DNA of 64,000 bases from Flavobacteriaceae bacterium (GTDB lineage Bacteria > Bacteroidota > Bacteroidia > Flavobacteriales > Flavobacteriaceae): the NCBI GenBank assembly GCA_947379965.1, contig CANCPC010000003.1, forward strand, positions 21,153 to 85,152. Reading direction: 5' to 3'. Positions 38,464 through 48,654 of the stretch are shown here, piece after piece. The first letter of the stretch is position 1. Every line of letters begins with the position of its first letter. The notes beneath the pieces are model-generated. The model did no database searches and had not been told where the DNA came from. It saw nothing but the letters and a program-made list of their open reading frames with translations. A program made the position numbers and the translations under genes.

Positions 38464-38504
38464 AATAAACGGTCCAAAAAAATTAATTTTGGACCGTTTA
38501 TTTT
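38464..38504. terminator. Bidirectional terminator
   Basis: aataaacggtccaaaa...ttttggaccgtttatt. Confidence 0.85.
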
Positions 38505-38523
38505 GAATTTAGAATCTTCAAAT

Positions 38524-38970
38524 TTATAAACGATGTGCTAAATCTAGTTTGCGTTGAAGAGGGTTATAAAAATCTTTGACTTTTGCTACTATTTCATTCA
38601 AAGTCATTTTATCGGCCGTTTCAACTGCTTTTAGGTTAATTTTACTATTTGATTTTCCTTCCAGAAACTTTTTCTCTAATATTGTTTTCGTTTCGGCAGG
38701 GCCAAAAATATACAGATAATCAGAACCTTTGATATAGGCTATTACCGCATTCAGATAATAATCCATTTCTTCTTTTTTTCGATTCTCAAATTTTGTTTCG
38801 CTATTACTATGATGACTTCCTGAAAAGGTTCCTTTGTTTCCTTCTTTTTGGTGATAAACTCTATTTTCAACCTCAGAATCAATCTCTGTAATCCTCTCTT
38901 TTTTTTGTCCATCAAGAGTTACTATTATTGCTTTTTTGGTGTCTATCCAAATTCCGACTTGTTTTTCCAT
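38524..38970 (-). CDS. Small eRF1-domain-2 / host-attachment (baeRF)-like protein
   Basis: VGIWIDTKKAIIV...YY..VI..I....LYIFGPAETK pattern. Confidence 0.6.
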   Translation of the reverse strand: MEKQVGIWIDTKKAIIVTLDGQKKERITEIDSEVENRVYHQKEGNKGTFSGSHHSNSETKFENRKKEEMDYYLNAVIAYIKGSDYLYIFGPAETKTILEKKFLEGKSNSKINLKAVETADKMTLNEIVAKVKDFYNPLQRKLDLAHRL

Positions 38971-39193
38971 GATGTTATTATTTATGTTAAAATGAATTAT
39001 TTTCTACATTTTTTCATTGGAGAAAGTGAATACATAAATTTACATATAAATAATGGAATTCATACAATTTTTGAGTTTTATTACTAATAAAATTTATTTT
39101 AAACTATTGATTTTCAGTAGTAAATATATTTTAATAAAAAGATACGTTATTTACACATGACCTCTCTTTTTTGAAAGATTCATCAAGAAAAAT

Positions 39194-40837
39194 TTACTTT
39201 TTTGCAAATACTTTATCCAAGAATAAATAACGCCCATCGTTCGTCGCTTTTGTCGTTTTTGAGTCTAAATCTAGTATCATGACTTCTGGATTTTTGTCGT
39301 CATTTGAAACCGACCAAACAGGTAGTTTATCGCCGTTTGGATTCCCGGTTTTAATAAAGTTAGCGAAGTAATTCATCATTGTTTCTGATACTTTATAATC
39401 CTCCTTTTCCCACGTATAATCTTTATTGGTTACTAAATTTCCCATAGCATATTCAATTTCTGCGGAGTGAACGGCTCCTTTTGGTTTAGGCGCTTTAGGC
39501 GCACTTTTGTCTTTATTGATGACGCCACCAGCGAGACCTGCTTCAAGATCTTTGTCTCGCATATCGGGTCTTGGTTTCGAAAAATAATAGCGATAAACAG
39601 GTTGTACACTATTTTTTCGATGTAAATCGAACCACTTCCATGTGCTATATGCAATAAATCGATCTCCGGCTAAATCAGTCGCCGATTGCTCCGTAATTTC
39701 GGGAGTTCCTGCTGGATATAATTGCAAGACTTCGGGTGCTTTATCTCCGTATAATTCTTTTATTTTTTGAGTATAATTCTCATTTGTAAGTTCTTTTCCG
39801 AAACCTAAAGCACGGTAATTCATTTCTTCCGAGTTCCATCCTAATAACAATGGAACCATGGCTTGTTGTTTGTTTACGAAAATTTCTGGCAATGATTTAG
39901 GAAGAAAATAACCATCAATAGTGGTTTTGAAAACGCCCATACTTGATCCAATTGATTTTTGGTACAGTTCTAAAGTGGACATTTCACGAAGCTCTTTTAG
40001 TGATTTTGCACCAATTTTTTGTCCAAAATCAAAGCCTGTTTTTTCGGCTTCCGCCAAAGGAATAGGAGCCAAAGTAGGGTAGAAAGAACCACCACTTTCG
40101 CCAATAGCGCCCGCAATTAGATTTTTAGATAAAGGCGAAGCCATTTGTGCACTTACGGAAATGGATCCCGCAGATTCACCAGCAATTGTTACTCGTTTTG
40201 GGTCACCGCCAAATTGTGCAATATTGGCTTGAACCCATTTTAAGGCGGCATTTTGATCCAGGAAACCATAATTTCCTGAAGCGTGATTAGGCGATTCCTT
40301 AGTTAATTCTGGATGCGAGAAGAATCCCCAAATCCCTAAACGATAATTTACGGTTAGCGTTACAATTCCTTTTTTGGCCATGTTTTCTCCGTCATAGCGA
40401 TTTTCTGAGCCATCGCCAGCAGCAAAACCACCACCGTAGAAATAGACTAAAACAGGTAGTTTTTCAATGGCAGATTTAGCAGGCGACCAAACATTCAAGT
40501 ACAAACAATCTTCGCTTATGCCGTCACTTCTAAAACCCATATCGCCAAAAATGTTGGATTGTACGGCTCGTGGGCCAAATTTTTTGGTTTGTTTGATTCC
40601 TGTCCAATTTACAACTGGTTGAGGTGCTTTCCAACGTAAATTACCAATTGGCGGTTGCGCAAAAGGTATGCCTTTGAAGCTTTGAATGTTTGTTTTCGTG
40701 TCGAATTCGCCTTCGATAATTCCGTTGGCTGTGTTTATTTGAACTGGAAACGAATTTGAATTAACTGCTTGTTGTGCCTTCGAAATAAAAGGAATTGCTA
40801 CAAATAGCAAACCGATAAAGGAGTTTTTTAGATTCAT
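39194..40837 (-). CDS. Type B carboxylesterase, exported
   Basis: FKGIPFAQPP, EDCLYLNVW, GGGF, GESAG, HSAE, NFIKTGNPN; start moved to MNLKNSF. Confidence 0.94.
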   Translation of the reverse strand: MNLKNSFIGLLFVAIPFISKAQQAVNSNSFPVQINTANGIIEGEFDTKTNIQSFKGIPFAQPPIGNLRWKAPQPVVNWTGIKQTKKFGPRAVQSNIFGDMGFRSDGISEDCLYLNVWSPAKSAIEKLPVLVYFYGGGFAAGDGSENRYDGENMAKKGIVTLTVNYRLGIWGFFSHPELTKESPNHASGNYGFLDQNAALKWVQANIAQFGGDPKRVTIAGESAGSISVSAQMASPLSKNLIAGAIGESGGSFYPTLAPIPLAEAEKTGFDFGQKIGAKSLKELREMSTLELYQKSIGSSMGVFKTTIDGYFLPKSLPEIFVNKQQAMVPLLLGWNSEEMNYRALGFGKELTNENYTQKIKELYGDKAPEVLQLYPAGTPEITEQSATDLAGDRFIAYSTWKWFDLHRKNSVQPVYRYYFSKPRPDMRDKDLEAGLAGGVINKDKSAPKAPKPKGAVHSAEIEYAMGNLVTNKDYTWEKEDYKVSETMMNYFANFIKTGNPNGDKLPVWSVSNDDKNPEVMILDLDSKTTKATNDGRYLFLDKVFAKK

Positions 40838-40866
40838 AGTTTGTGGGTTTTGTTTTAAATATTTTG

Positions 40867-40938
40867 TTGTCATTTCGACGAAGGAGAAATCACATGACGA
40901 GAGCAACTTATGTGATTTCTCCTTCGTCGAAATGACAA
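40867..40938. repeat. Perfect REP doublet (29-bp arms, 14-nt loop)
   Basis: ttgtcatttcgacgaaggagaaatcacat / atgtgatttctccttcgtcgaaatgacaa. Confidence 0.93.
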
Positions 40939-40952
40939 AATGTGATGATTTA

Positions 40953-41122
40953 TTAAAAGAATTTATTAGCAATAAAACCTATTACTAGTCCAACTATAGT
41001 GAGGAAAAAAATGTTTCTACTCCATTTATCTTCTGCTTGTTCATCTTCTAAATCTGTTTTGCAAAATTTAATAAACATCTCCAAAGAAATTCTCCTAAAT
41101 AATGTAGTAACGGATATCTCAT
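40953..41122 (-). pseudogene. Small membrane-protein gene with apparent 1-bp frameshift (or a 41-aa ORF at 40953-41078)
   Basis: MRYPLLHYLGEFLWR then, in another frame, MFIKFCKTDLEDEQAEDKWSRNIFFLTIVGLVIGFIANKFF*. Confidence 0.45.
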
Positions 41123-41147
41123 AAATAAAATTTATTTGAAACCTATT

Positions 41148-42509
41148 TTACCCAAACAACTCGCTCGCCACATCTTCAATCTTCGCCACCAATCGTATTT
41201 TTATAATCGTATTTTTCAAGGCAATTTTATTGTATTTAGAAACAAAAATGGTCGAAAAACCTAATTTTTCGGCTTCTTGGATGCGTTGATCTACACGATT
41301 TACAGGACGAATTTCGCCAGAAAGCCCGACTTCGCCAGCAAAACAAAAATCTTTACTCACCGGAATATCTTCATTCGATGATAAAATAGCGGCGACAACG
41401 GCCAAATCAATTGCAGGATCATCTACTGAAATTCCGCCAGTTACGTTCAGGAATACATCTTTGGCGCCAAGCCTAAAACCGGCTCTTTTTTCTAAAACGG
41501 CCAAAATCATATTCAGTCTTTTGGCGTTATAACCCGTTGTGCTACGTTGCGGGGTTCCGTAAACTGCAGTGCTTACGAGTGATTGAATTTCAATCATTAA
41601 TGGGCGCATGCCTTCGAGCGTGGAAGCAATTGCGGTTCCTGATAATTCCTCGTCTTTGTGCGAAATCAATATTTCCGATGGATTTGAAACTTCGCGCAAA
41701 CCCGTTCCCAGCATTTCATAAATCCCGATTTCTGCAGTCGAACCAAAACGATTTTTCAACGAACGCAAAATACGATATACGTGATTTCTGTCGCCTTCGA
41801 ATTGCAAAACGGTATCGACCATGTGTTCTAAAATTTTGGGACCAGCAATGTTTCCGTCTTTGGTAATATGGCCAATTAAAATTACTGGAATATTCGATTC
41901 TTTGGCAAATTTTATAAGTTCGGCAGTGGTTTCTCGAATTTGAGAAATACTTCCCGGAGTCGATTCGATATAATCCGTATGAAGCGTTTGAATGGAATCG
42001 ATAATGACAATTTCAGGTTCGATCGCTTCAATTTGTTTGAAGATATTTTGTGTTTTTGTTTCGGTAAGAATGTAGCAATTATCTCCGTTTGGAGTGATTC
42101 TTTCGGCACGCATCTTGATTTGCTTTTGGCTTTCTTCACCCGAAACATACAAGGTTTTATAAGGGAGTTTTAATGAAATTTGAAGCAAAAGGGTACTTTT
42201 TCCAATGCCAGGTTCGCCGCCCAAAAGGATCAAAGAACCAGGAACAATTCCGCCACCTAAAACGCGATTCAGTTCGCCATCGGTGGTGTCCATTCGGATT
42301 TCTTGAGTCGAATCAATTTCGTTGATGCGTAAAGGTTTTGGTGCTTTGGTAGTGGTAAGGGATTCACTTTTCCAAGTTGATTTTTCTTCTTTTTGGATGA
42401 TTTCTTCGGCTATTGTATTCCATTCTTTGCAGGAATTACATTGGCCTTGCCATTTAGAATATTGGGCGCCACAATTTTGGCAAAAAAAAGTTGTTTTTAC
42501 TTTTGACAT
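41148..42509 (-). CDS. radA: DNA repair protein RadA/Sms
   Basis: CQNCG..WQGQCNSC zinc finger, GEPGIGKST, KNRFG, Lon-like C-domain. Confidence 0.98.
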   Translation of the reverse strand: MSKVKTTFFCQNCGAQYSKWQGQCNSCKEWNTIAEEIIQKEEKSTWKSESLTTTKAPKPLRINEIDSTQEIRMDTTDGELNRVLGGGIVPGSLILLGGEPGIGKSTLLLQISLKLPYKTLYVSGEESQKQIKMRAERITPNGDNCYILTETKTQNIFKQIEAIEPEIVIIDSIQTLHTDYIESTPGSISQIRETTAELIKFAKESNIPVILIGHITKDGNIAGPKILEHMVDTVLQFEGDRNHVYRILRSLKNRFGSTAEIGIYEMLGTGLREVSNPSEILISHKDEELSGTAIASTLEGMRPLMIEIQSLVSTAVYGTPQRSTTGYNAKRLNMILAVLEKRAGFRLGAKDVFLNVTGGISVDDPAIDLAVVAAILSSNEDIPVSKDFCFAGEVGLSGEIRPVNRVDQRIQEAEKLGFSTIFVSKYNKIALKNTIIKIRLVAKIEDVASELFG

Positions 42510-42592
42510 TATTTCGAACTAAATTAAATTCAAATTTAGTCTAAAGAATATTCAAAAAAAAGGATTTATTTTTTTAAAAAGAAGGACTTTGT

Positions 42593-42943
42593 TTATGTCA
42601 GCGAATTGTCTTTTTCATTGGGAAAAACAACCCATGGTTTAAAGGTTTTAGCTTCTTCAAAATCCATTGTTGCATACGAAATAATGATTATAATATCATC
42701 TCTTTGTACTTTTCTTGCTGCTGGTCCGTTGAGGGTTATTTCTCCTGAGTTTTTTGCTCCTTTTATGGCATACGTTTCAAATCTTTCCCCATTATTAATG
42801 TTTACAATCGACACTTTTTCACCTTCGATAATGTTCGAAGCGTCGAGCAATGTTTCGTCAATGGTAATGCTTCCGATATAATTAAGATCGGCTCCAGTAA
42901 CTCTAACACGGTGAATTTTTGATTTTAAAATTTGGATTTGCAT
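42593..42943 (-). CDS. panD: Aspartate 1-decarboxylase
   Basis: [29 protein letters not shown]. Confidence 0.97.
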   Translation of the reverse strand: MQIQILKSKIHRVRVTGADLNYIGSITIDETLLDASNIIEGEKVSIVNINNGERFETYAIKGAKNSGEITLNGPAARKVQRDDIIIIISYATMDFEEAKTFKPWVVFPNEKDNSLT

Positions 42944-42957
42944 GATGCAAAAGTAAA

Positions 42958-43806
42958 TTAATTTAATGAAATGGTATCAATCAATCGAACATTGTTGACA
43001 AAAACTACAATAAAAGCACGGTATTTAGCATTTTTATTTTTTCTATTAACAGGTAAAAGTGTCGCTTCATCTGCAATTTCGAAATATTCTAAATTGAAGT
43101 CTGCATTTTTTTCAAATGATTTTTCAACCCATTTTGTAACAACAGCAGTGCTATTCGTTTCGAATTTTGCTTTTGCGGCTAATAAAGTTTTATAAATAAG
43201 TGAAGATTCTTCTTTTTCTTCAGGAGTCAAAAGTTCGTTTCTAGAACTCATGGCTAACCCATTGGTTTGTCGATAAATTGGGCATCCTATTACGTTGATA
43301 TTTAGCTTATTTTTGCTGACTAATTTTTTTATAATTTGCAATTGTTGAAAGTCTTTTTCTCCAAAATAAGCGTTTGTGGGAGTTACAATTTCGAATAACC
43401 GTTTTACAACTGTACCAACTCCGTCAAAGTGACCGGGTCTGAATTTACCTTCCATTTGGTTTTCTAATCCATCGAAATCAAATGATTGTGAACTTGGTTT
43501 CCCGTCGTAAATATCATTAGCTTCGGGAGCGTAAACAATTATTTTTGGATCTAAATCCTCTATTTTTTTTATATCAACATCGAGTGTTCTAGGGTATTTT
43601 GCTAAATCTTCGGGATTGTTAAATTGGGTAGGATTTACAAAAATACTTACTACTGTGACCTTATTTTCTGCCAATGATTTTTGCATCAACGATAAGTGCC
43701 CTTGGTGCAAAGCTCCCATTGTTGGAACAAAACCAATTTTAGTATTGTAGGTTCTTATAGATTGTAAATAATCTATTAATGGTGCTTTTCCGAAGAAAAT
43801 TGGCAT
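42958..43806 (-). CDS. panC: Pantoate--beta-alanine ligase
   Basis: [49 protein letters not shown]. Confidence 0.97.
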   Translation of the reverse strand: MPIFFGKAPLIDYLQSIRTYNTKIGFVPTMGALHQGHLSLMQKSLAENKVTVVSIFVNPTQFNNPEDLAKYPRTLDVDIKKIEDLDPKIIVYAPEANDIYDGKPSSQSFDFDGLENQMEGKFRPGHFDGVGTVVKRLFEIVTPTNAYFGEKDFQQLQIIKKLVSKNKLNINVIGCPIYRQTNGLAMSSRNELLTPEEKEESSLIYKTLLAAKAKFETNSTAVVTKWVEKSFEKNADFNLEYFEIADEATLLPVNRKNKNAKYRAFIVVFVNNVRLIDTISLN

Positions 43807-43914
43807 GGCTTTTTTGTTGAAATTAAATGCAAACATAATATTTTAGTCTATAACTGCATAAATTTTTGTAATTTTGCATGGTTTATATAGACAACAAATT
43901 AAGCAAATTACAAT

Positions 43915-44721
43915 ATGGAAGATAAGAGAATATTATACGTATCATCAGAAGTGGTACCTTATCTAGCTGAAAATGAGGTGTCTTCAATGTCATATGAGGT
44001 TCCTAAAATGATAAATAATCTAGGTGGACAAATACGAATTTTCATGCCAAGGTATGGAAATATTAATGAAAGAAGACATCAATTGCACGAAGTAATTCGC
44101 CTTTCGGGGATGAATCTGGTTGTAAATGACTTAGATATGCCCTTAATCATAAAAGTAGCCTCTATTCCAAAAGAAAGAATTCAAGTTTATTTTATTGATA
44201 ATGAAGAATATTTTAAGAGAAAAGCTACGTTTACAGATGAAGACGGAGTTTTATATCCCGATAATGATGAACGTGCTATTTTCTTTGCAAAAGGAGTTGT
44301 TGAAACAGTAAAAAAACTCAATTGGGTTCCGGATATTATTCATGTACACGGATGGATGGCTGCATTGTTGCCTATCTATATGAAGCATTATTATAAAAAT
44401 GAGGCTTTGTTTTCTGAAACAAAAATAGTTACTTCGATCTATGGCCCTTCTTTTGATGGGACTTTGGATAAAGAAATGATCAATAAAGTAATTTTTGATG
44501 GTATTCCTAAAGAAGCTGTTTTAGATTTAGAAAATCCTGATTATGAGAATATAATGAAAACAGTAATTCATCATTCGGATGCTGTTATTATTGCTTCGGA
44601 TAAAGTGACTTCAAGTTTAACAAAATTTATAGAATCTTCGGGAAAACCTTTTTTACCTTTCACCCCGAAAGAAAAATTCGCTGAAGCGTATGTTAATTTC
44701 TATAATAACAGTGTTATATAA
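43915..44721 (+). CDS. Glycogen/starch synthase (GT5) N-terminal-domain-only protein
   Basis: RILYVSSEVVPY, IFMPRYG, YPDNDERAIFF, PDIIHVHGW; only 268 aa, no KTGG. Confidence 0.85.
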   Translation: MEDKRILYVSSEVVPYLAENEVSSMSYEVPKMINNLGGQIRIFMPRYGNINERRHQLHEVIRLSGMNLVVNDLDMPLIIKVASIPKERIQVYFIDNEEYFKRKATFTDEDGVLYPDNDERAIFFAKGVVETVKKLNWVPDIIHVHGWMAALLPIYMKHYYKNEALFSETKIVTSIYGPSFDGTLDKEMINKVIFDGIPKEAVLDLENPDYENIMKTVIHHSDAVIIASDKVTSSLTKFIESSGKPFLPFTPKEKFAEAYVNFYNNSVI

Positions 44722-44744
44722 TTTTAAACTTTTCCCTTTTAAAC

Positions 44745-46514
44745 ATGCACAATAATTCTTTTTTTAAGCAAATACTATTACTTGTATCGATTTTACTTTT
44801 CATTTCTTGTGATAAAGAATATAATGTAATAGGTGATGGCTTAATTAGTCAAAATCATTTTATGCTTAAAGATTCCACTTTTTCTGTGGTAGCCTATAAT
44901 CAAAAAATTACTTCTGTTGAATCCGAAAATTTACCTGTTAATGCTTTAGGAATATATAATAACCCAGCCTTTGGTAAAACCGTGGCAAGTTTTGCAACGC
45001 AAGTGATATTATCTGCAGCGAATCCAATTGTGTCAACTAATGCGGTAATAGACAGTGTTTATTTAAATGTTCCTTATTTTACAGATCCTTTAAAAAACAA
45101 ATTAAACTCGGACGGAGTAAGCACCACTTATGTATTAGACTCTATTTATGGAGCTAGCAAAGCTAAAATAAAACTTAGTGTTTATGAGTCAGGGTATTAC
45201 ATGAGAGATTCAGATCCTATTGGAGGATTTCAAACAGCTCAAAAATATTTTACAGATCAAAATACTGATTTTAACAACCTTAAAATTGGCAATCGATTAA
45301 ATGATGATTCTGATGCAAGTCAAAATGATGGTTTCTTCTTCAATCCTGCCGAACATGTGCTTAAAGCTACTGATGCTACTACAAAAGTGGTTACAACAAC
45401 AAGAATGGCTCCAAGCATGCGTTTGAAATTGAATAGTAATTACTTCATGAATAAAATCATAAATGCTGCATCAAAAGCTACTACTACAATTGTTAATGGT
45501 GTCGTAACATCAAACACGACCAATTCAATTAATTTAATAACTAACGATGTTTTCAAAAATTATTTTAGAGGTTTGTATTTCAAAGTAGAACAATCAGGCA
45601 GTGATGCAGGCGCCATGGCAATTATGGATTTTTCTAAAGGGTCAATTACCATTAGTTATACTGAGGAATTGGTTGCCACAACAGGCACCACTAGAGTTCC
45701 TAAAACGATAGTGCTAAATTTTACGGGTAATACGGTTAGTTTGCAAGATCAATCTAATACTAATTCAAGTTATTCTACTGCAATGAGTTCAGCAAACGCA
45801 AACGTTGGTGACGAAAGATTATATCTAAAAGGAGGTGAAGGTTCTATGGCTATATTAGATCTATTTGGTCCGGATCACTTTGGTTCAAACGGAGTTACAG
45901 GCAACCCTAATGGCGTTGCGGATCAATTAGACATTATTAGAACAAAAAAATGGTTGATAAATGAGGCTAATTTAGTTTTTAATATTGATTCAGAGGCTAT
46001 GAGTAAAACGGATCCAATTACTAATTTGCCAGTCTATGAACCTAAAAGAATCTATTTGTGGGATTTGAATAATAGACGTCCTATTACCGATTATTATATG
46101 GATGGAACTTCAGGAACGAATGCTAAAAATGGTAAAACTGTTTTTGATGGGAACATTAATTTTGACGCTACTTCAAAAAGAGGGTCTACCTATAAAATTA
46201 GGATTACGAATCATATTCGAAATCTTGTAAAATATGCTGATTCAACAAATGTTAAACTGGGTATTGCAGTAACGGAAAGTGTAAATATCGCGAGTACCAA
46301 CAAATGGAGAAACCCTAAAACGGCGACAACAATAATTCCAGGAATACCTAATTATAATGTTGTAATGCCAAAATGGCCCGATTTTTCTATTGAAACTCCA
46401 AAATCAAGTGTTATGAATCCTTTAGGAACCATACTTTACGGTAACAGATTAAAAGTTGGTGATTTAGAAGCAAAAAGATTAAAACTTCAAATTTTTTATA
46501 CAAAACCTAATTAA
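44745..46514 (+). CDS. DUF4270 family lipoprotein
   Basis: Lipobox FISC; DSVYLNVPY, FKNYFRGLYFK, LYLKGGEGS, KLQIFYT; context upstream of glmS. Confidence 0.85.
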   Translation: MHNNSFFKQILLLVSILLFISCDKEYNVIGDGLISQNHFMLKDSTFSVVAYNQKITSVESENLPVNALGIYNNPAFGKTVASFATQVILSAANPIVSTNAVIDSVYLNVPYFTDPLKNKLNSDGVSTTYVLDSIYGASKAKIKLSVYESGYYMRDSDPIGGFQTAQKYFTDQNTDFNNLKIGNRLNDDSDASQNDGFFFNPAEHVLKATDATTKVVTTTRMAPSMRLKLNSNYFMNKIINAASKATTTIVNGVVTSNTTNSINLITNDVFKNYFRGLYFKVEQSGSDAGAMAIMDFSKGSITISYTEELVATTGTTRVPKTIVLNFTGNTVSLQDQSNTNSSYSTAMSSANANVGDERLYLKGGEGSMAILDLFGPDHFGSNGVTGNPNGVADQLDIIRTKKWLINEANLVFNIDSEAMSKTDPITNLPVYEPKRIYLWDLNNRRPITDYYMDGTSGTNAKNGKTVFDGNINFDATSKRGSTYKIRITNHIRNLVKYADSTNVKLGIAVTESVNIASTNKWRNPKTATTIIPGIPNYNVVMPKWPDFSIETPKSSVMNPLGTILYGNRLKVGDLEAKRLKLQIFYTKPN

Positions 46515-46522
46515 ATAAAATT

Positions 46523-48370
46523 ATGTGTGGAATTGTTGGATATATCGGATACAGAGAAGCTTATCCTATTGTAATTAAAGGGTTAAAAAGGCTTGAATAT
46601 AGAGGATATGATAGCGCAGGAGTTATGTTATATGACGGAACTGACTTAAAACTTTCGAAAACAAAAGGCAAAGTTTCTGATCTTGAGATTAAAGCTTCTA
46701 AAGAAATAACTACCAATGGAACTATAGGCATGGGGCATACCCGTTGGGCTACGCATGGTGTTCCTAATGATGTTAATTCTCATCCTCATTTATCTAATTC
46801 AGGTGATTTGGCAATAATTCATAATGGGATCATTGAAAATTATGCTCCTTTAAAAGAAGAGTTAATCAAAAGAGGTTATGTTTTTCATTCGGATACAGAT
46901 TCAGAAGTACTCGTAAATTTAATTGAAGAAATCCAAAAAAAGGAAGGAATAAAATTAGGGAAAGCAATTCAAATCGCTTTAAACCAAGTTGTTGGAGCGT
47001 ATGCAATTGCTGTATTTGACAAGAAAAATCCAGATGAGATTGTGGTTGCACGTTTAGGTAGTCCATTAGCAATAGGAATTGGAGAAGATGAATATTTTAT
47101 CGCATCTGATGCTTCACCTTTTATTGAATATACTTCGAATGCAGTATATTTAGAAGATGGAGAAATGGCCAATATTAGGTTACATAAACCAATGAAAGTA
47201 AGAAAAATTAAAGATGATTCTTTAGTTGATCCTTATATTCAAGAACTTCAAATGAATTTGGAGCAAATAGAAAAAGGAGGTTATGATCATTTTATGTTGA
47301 AAGAAATCTACGAACAACCAAGTGTTATTAAAGATACTTATAGAGGTAGACTTCATGCCAATGAAGGGATTATAAAAATGGCTGGCGTTGAAGATAACTT
47401 AGGTAAATTCTTAAACGCAGAAAGAATCATAATCGTTGCTTGTGGAACTTCATGGCACGCTGGTTTAGTAGCAGAATATATTTTTGAAGAATTCGCTCGT
47501 ATTCCTGTCGAGGTAGAATATGCTTCAGAATTTAGATATAGAAATCCAATTATAAAAACTAGCGATGTTGTAATAGCTATTTCACAATCAGGTGAAACTG
47601 CCGATACAATGGCAGCTATAAAATTAGCCAAAGAACACGGAGCCTTTGTATTTGGAGTTTGTAATGTAGTTGGTTCTTCTATTTCAAGAGAATCTCATGC
47701 TGGTGCATATACTCACGCAGGTCCTGAAATAGGAGTTGCCTCTACAAAAGCTTTCACCACTCAAATTACAGTATTGACAATGATCGCTTTACGATTGGCT
47801 CAAGCTAAGGGAACCTTGTCTAAATCTGATTTTCATACCTATTTGCAAGAATTAGAAATAATTCCTGAAAAAGTAAAAGAAGCATTAGAGACTAATGAAA
47901 GAGCAAAAGAAATCGCTACAACATTTAAGGATGCACCTAATTGTTTGTATTTAGGAAGAGGATACAACTTTCCAGTTGCCCTAGAAGGAGCATTAAAACT
48001 TAAAGAGATTTCCTATATTCATGCCGAAGGGTATCCTGCTGCTGAAATGAAACACGGACCAATCGCTTTGATAGATGAACATATGCCAGTTGTAGTAATT
48101 GCTCCAAAACAAGGGCATTACGACAAAATTGTTAGTAATATTCAGGAAATTAAATCAAGAAGTGGAAGAATAATTGCCGTTGTAACAAAAGGCGATACTC
48201 AAGTTAGGGAATTAGCGGATTATGTAATCGAAATTCCTGAAACATCGGATGCTTTATCTCCCTTGATTACTACAATACCTTTACAACTTTTATCGTATCA
48301 TATTGCGGTTATGAGGGGATGTAACGTAGATCAACCACGTAACTTAGCTAAGTCTGTAACGGTAGAGTAA
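46523..48370 (+). CDS. glmS: Glutamine--fructose-6-phosphate transaminase (isomerizing)
   Basis: MCGIVG, LEYRGYDSAG, HTRWATHG, SQSGETADT, PRNLAKSVTVE. Confidence 0.98.
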   Translation: MCGIVGYIGYREAYPIVIKGLKRLEYRGYDSAGVMLYDGTDLKLSKTKGKVSDLEIKASKEITTNGTIGMGHTRWATHGVPNDVNSHPHLSNSGDLAIIHNGIIENYAPLKEELIKRGYVFHSDTDSEVLVNLIEEIQKKEGIKLGKAIQIALNQVVGAYAIAVFDKKNPDEIVVARLGSPLAIGIGEDEYFIASDASPFIEYTSNAVYLEDGEMANIRLHKPMKVRKIKDDSLVDPYIQELQMNLEQIEKGGYDHFMLKEIYEQPSVIKDTYRGRLHANEGIIKMAGVEDNLGKFLNAERIIIVACGTSWHAGLVAEYIFEEFARIPVEVEYASEFRYRNPIIKTSDVVIAISQSGETADTMAAIKLAKEHGAFVFGVCNVVGSSISRESHAGAYTHAGPEIGVASTKAFTTQITVLTMIALRLAQAKGTLSKSDFHTYLQELEIIPEKVKEALETNERAKEIATTFKDAPNCLYLGRGYNFPVALEGALKLKEISYIHAEGYPAAEMKHGPIALIDEHMPVVVIAPKQGHYDKIVSNIQEIKSRSGRIIAVVTKGDTQVRELADYVIEIPETSDALSPLITTIPLQLLSYHIAVMRGCNVDQPRNLAKSVTVE

Positions 48371-48395
48371 ATATAACGTATCCTAACGATATTTT

Positions 48396-48423
48396 AAAGC
48401 GAGAATTTTCTCGCTTTTTTTTT
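48396..48423 (+). terminator. Intrinsic terminator after glmS
   Basis: aaagcgagaa..ttctcgcttt plus T tract. Confidence 0.85.
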
Positions 48424-48654
48424 GGACGTAAATAATGGGTTTATAAATTGTACATTTAATTTTAAACAAATATTTTTTAATAATATTTCTTATAACTTTT
48501 AACAAAATCACAATTTAATATTTTAAATTTTACAAAATGTGAAATACGTACAAATGAATTAAAAAAACTACAATTTCGATTTTTTTTACGCACTTTTAAT
48601 ATAATATCAAAAATATTTTTACTTTTACCTTAACTAACCATAAATTTTAACCAA

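Noticed and set aside
39101-39125. aactattgattttcagt motif (similar sequence near 60830) as a recombination site
   Set aside because: Short and AT-rich with no associated recombinase or boundary; cannot be separated from a common intergenic motif without a genome-wide count
40838-40972. ORF-track N-terminal extensions (carboxylesterase; also 58667-58714, 30879-31013, 17560-17646, 18205-18255)
   Set aside because: They run through REP elements, terminators, leaders or neighbouring genes; downstream ATGs give better signal peptides or family N-termini
46515-46522. glmS ribozyme
   Set aside because: Only 8 bp separate DUF4270 from glmS
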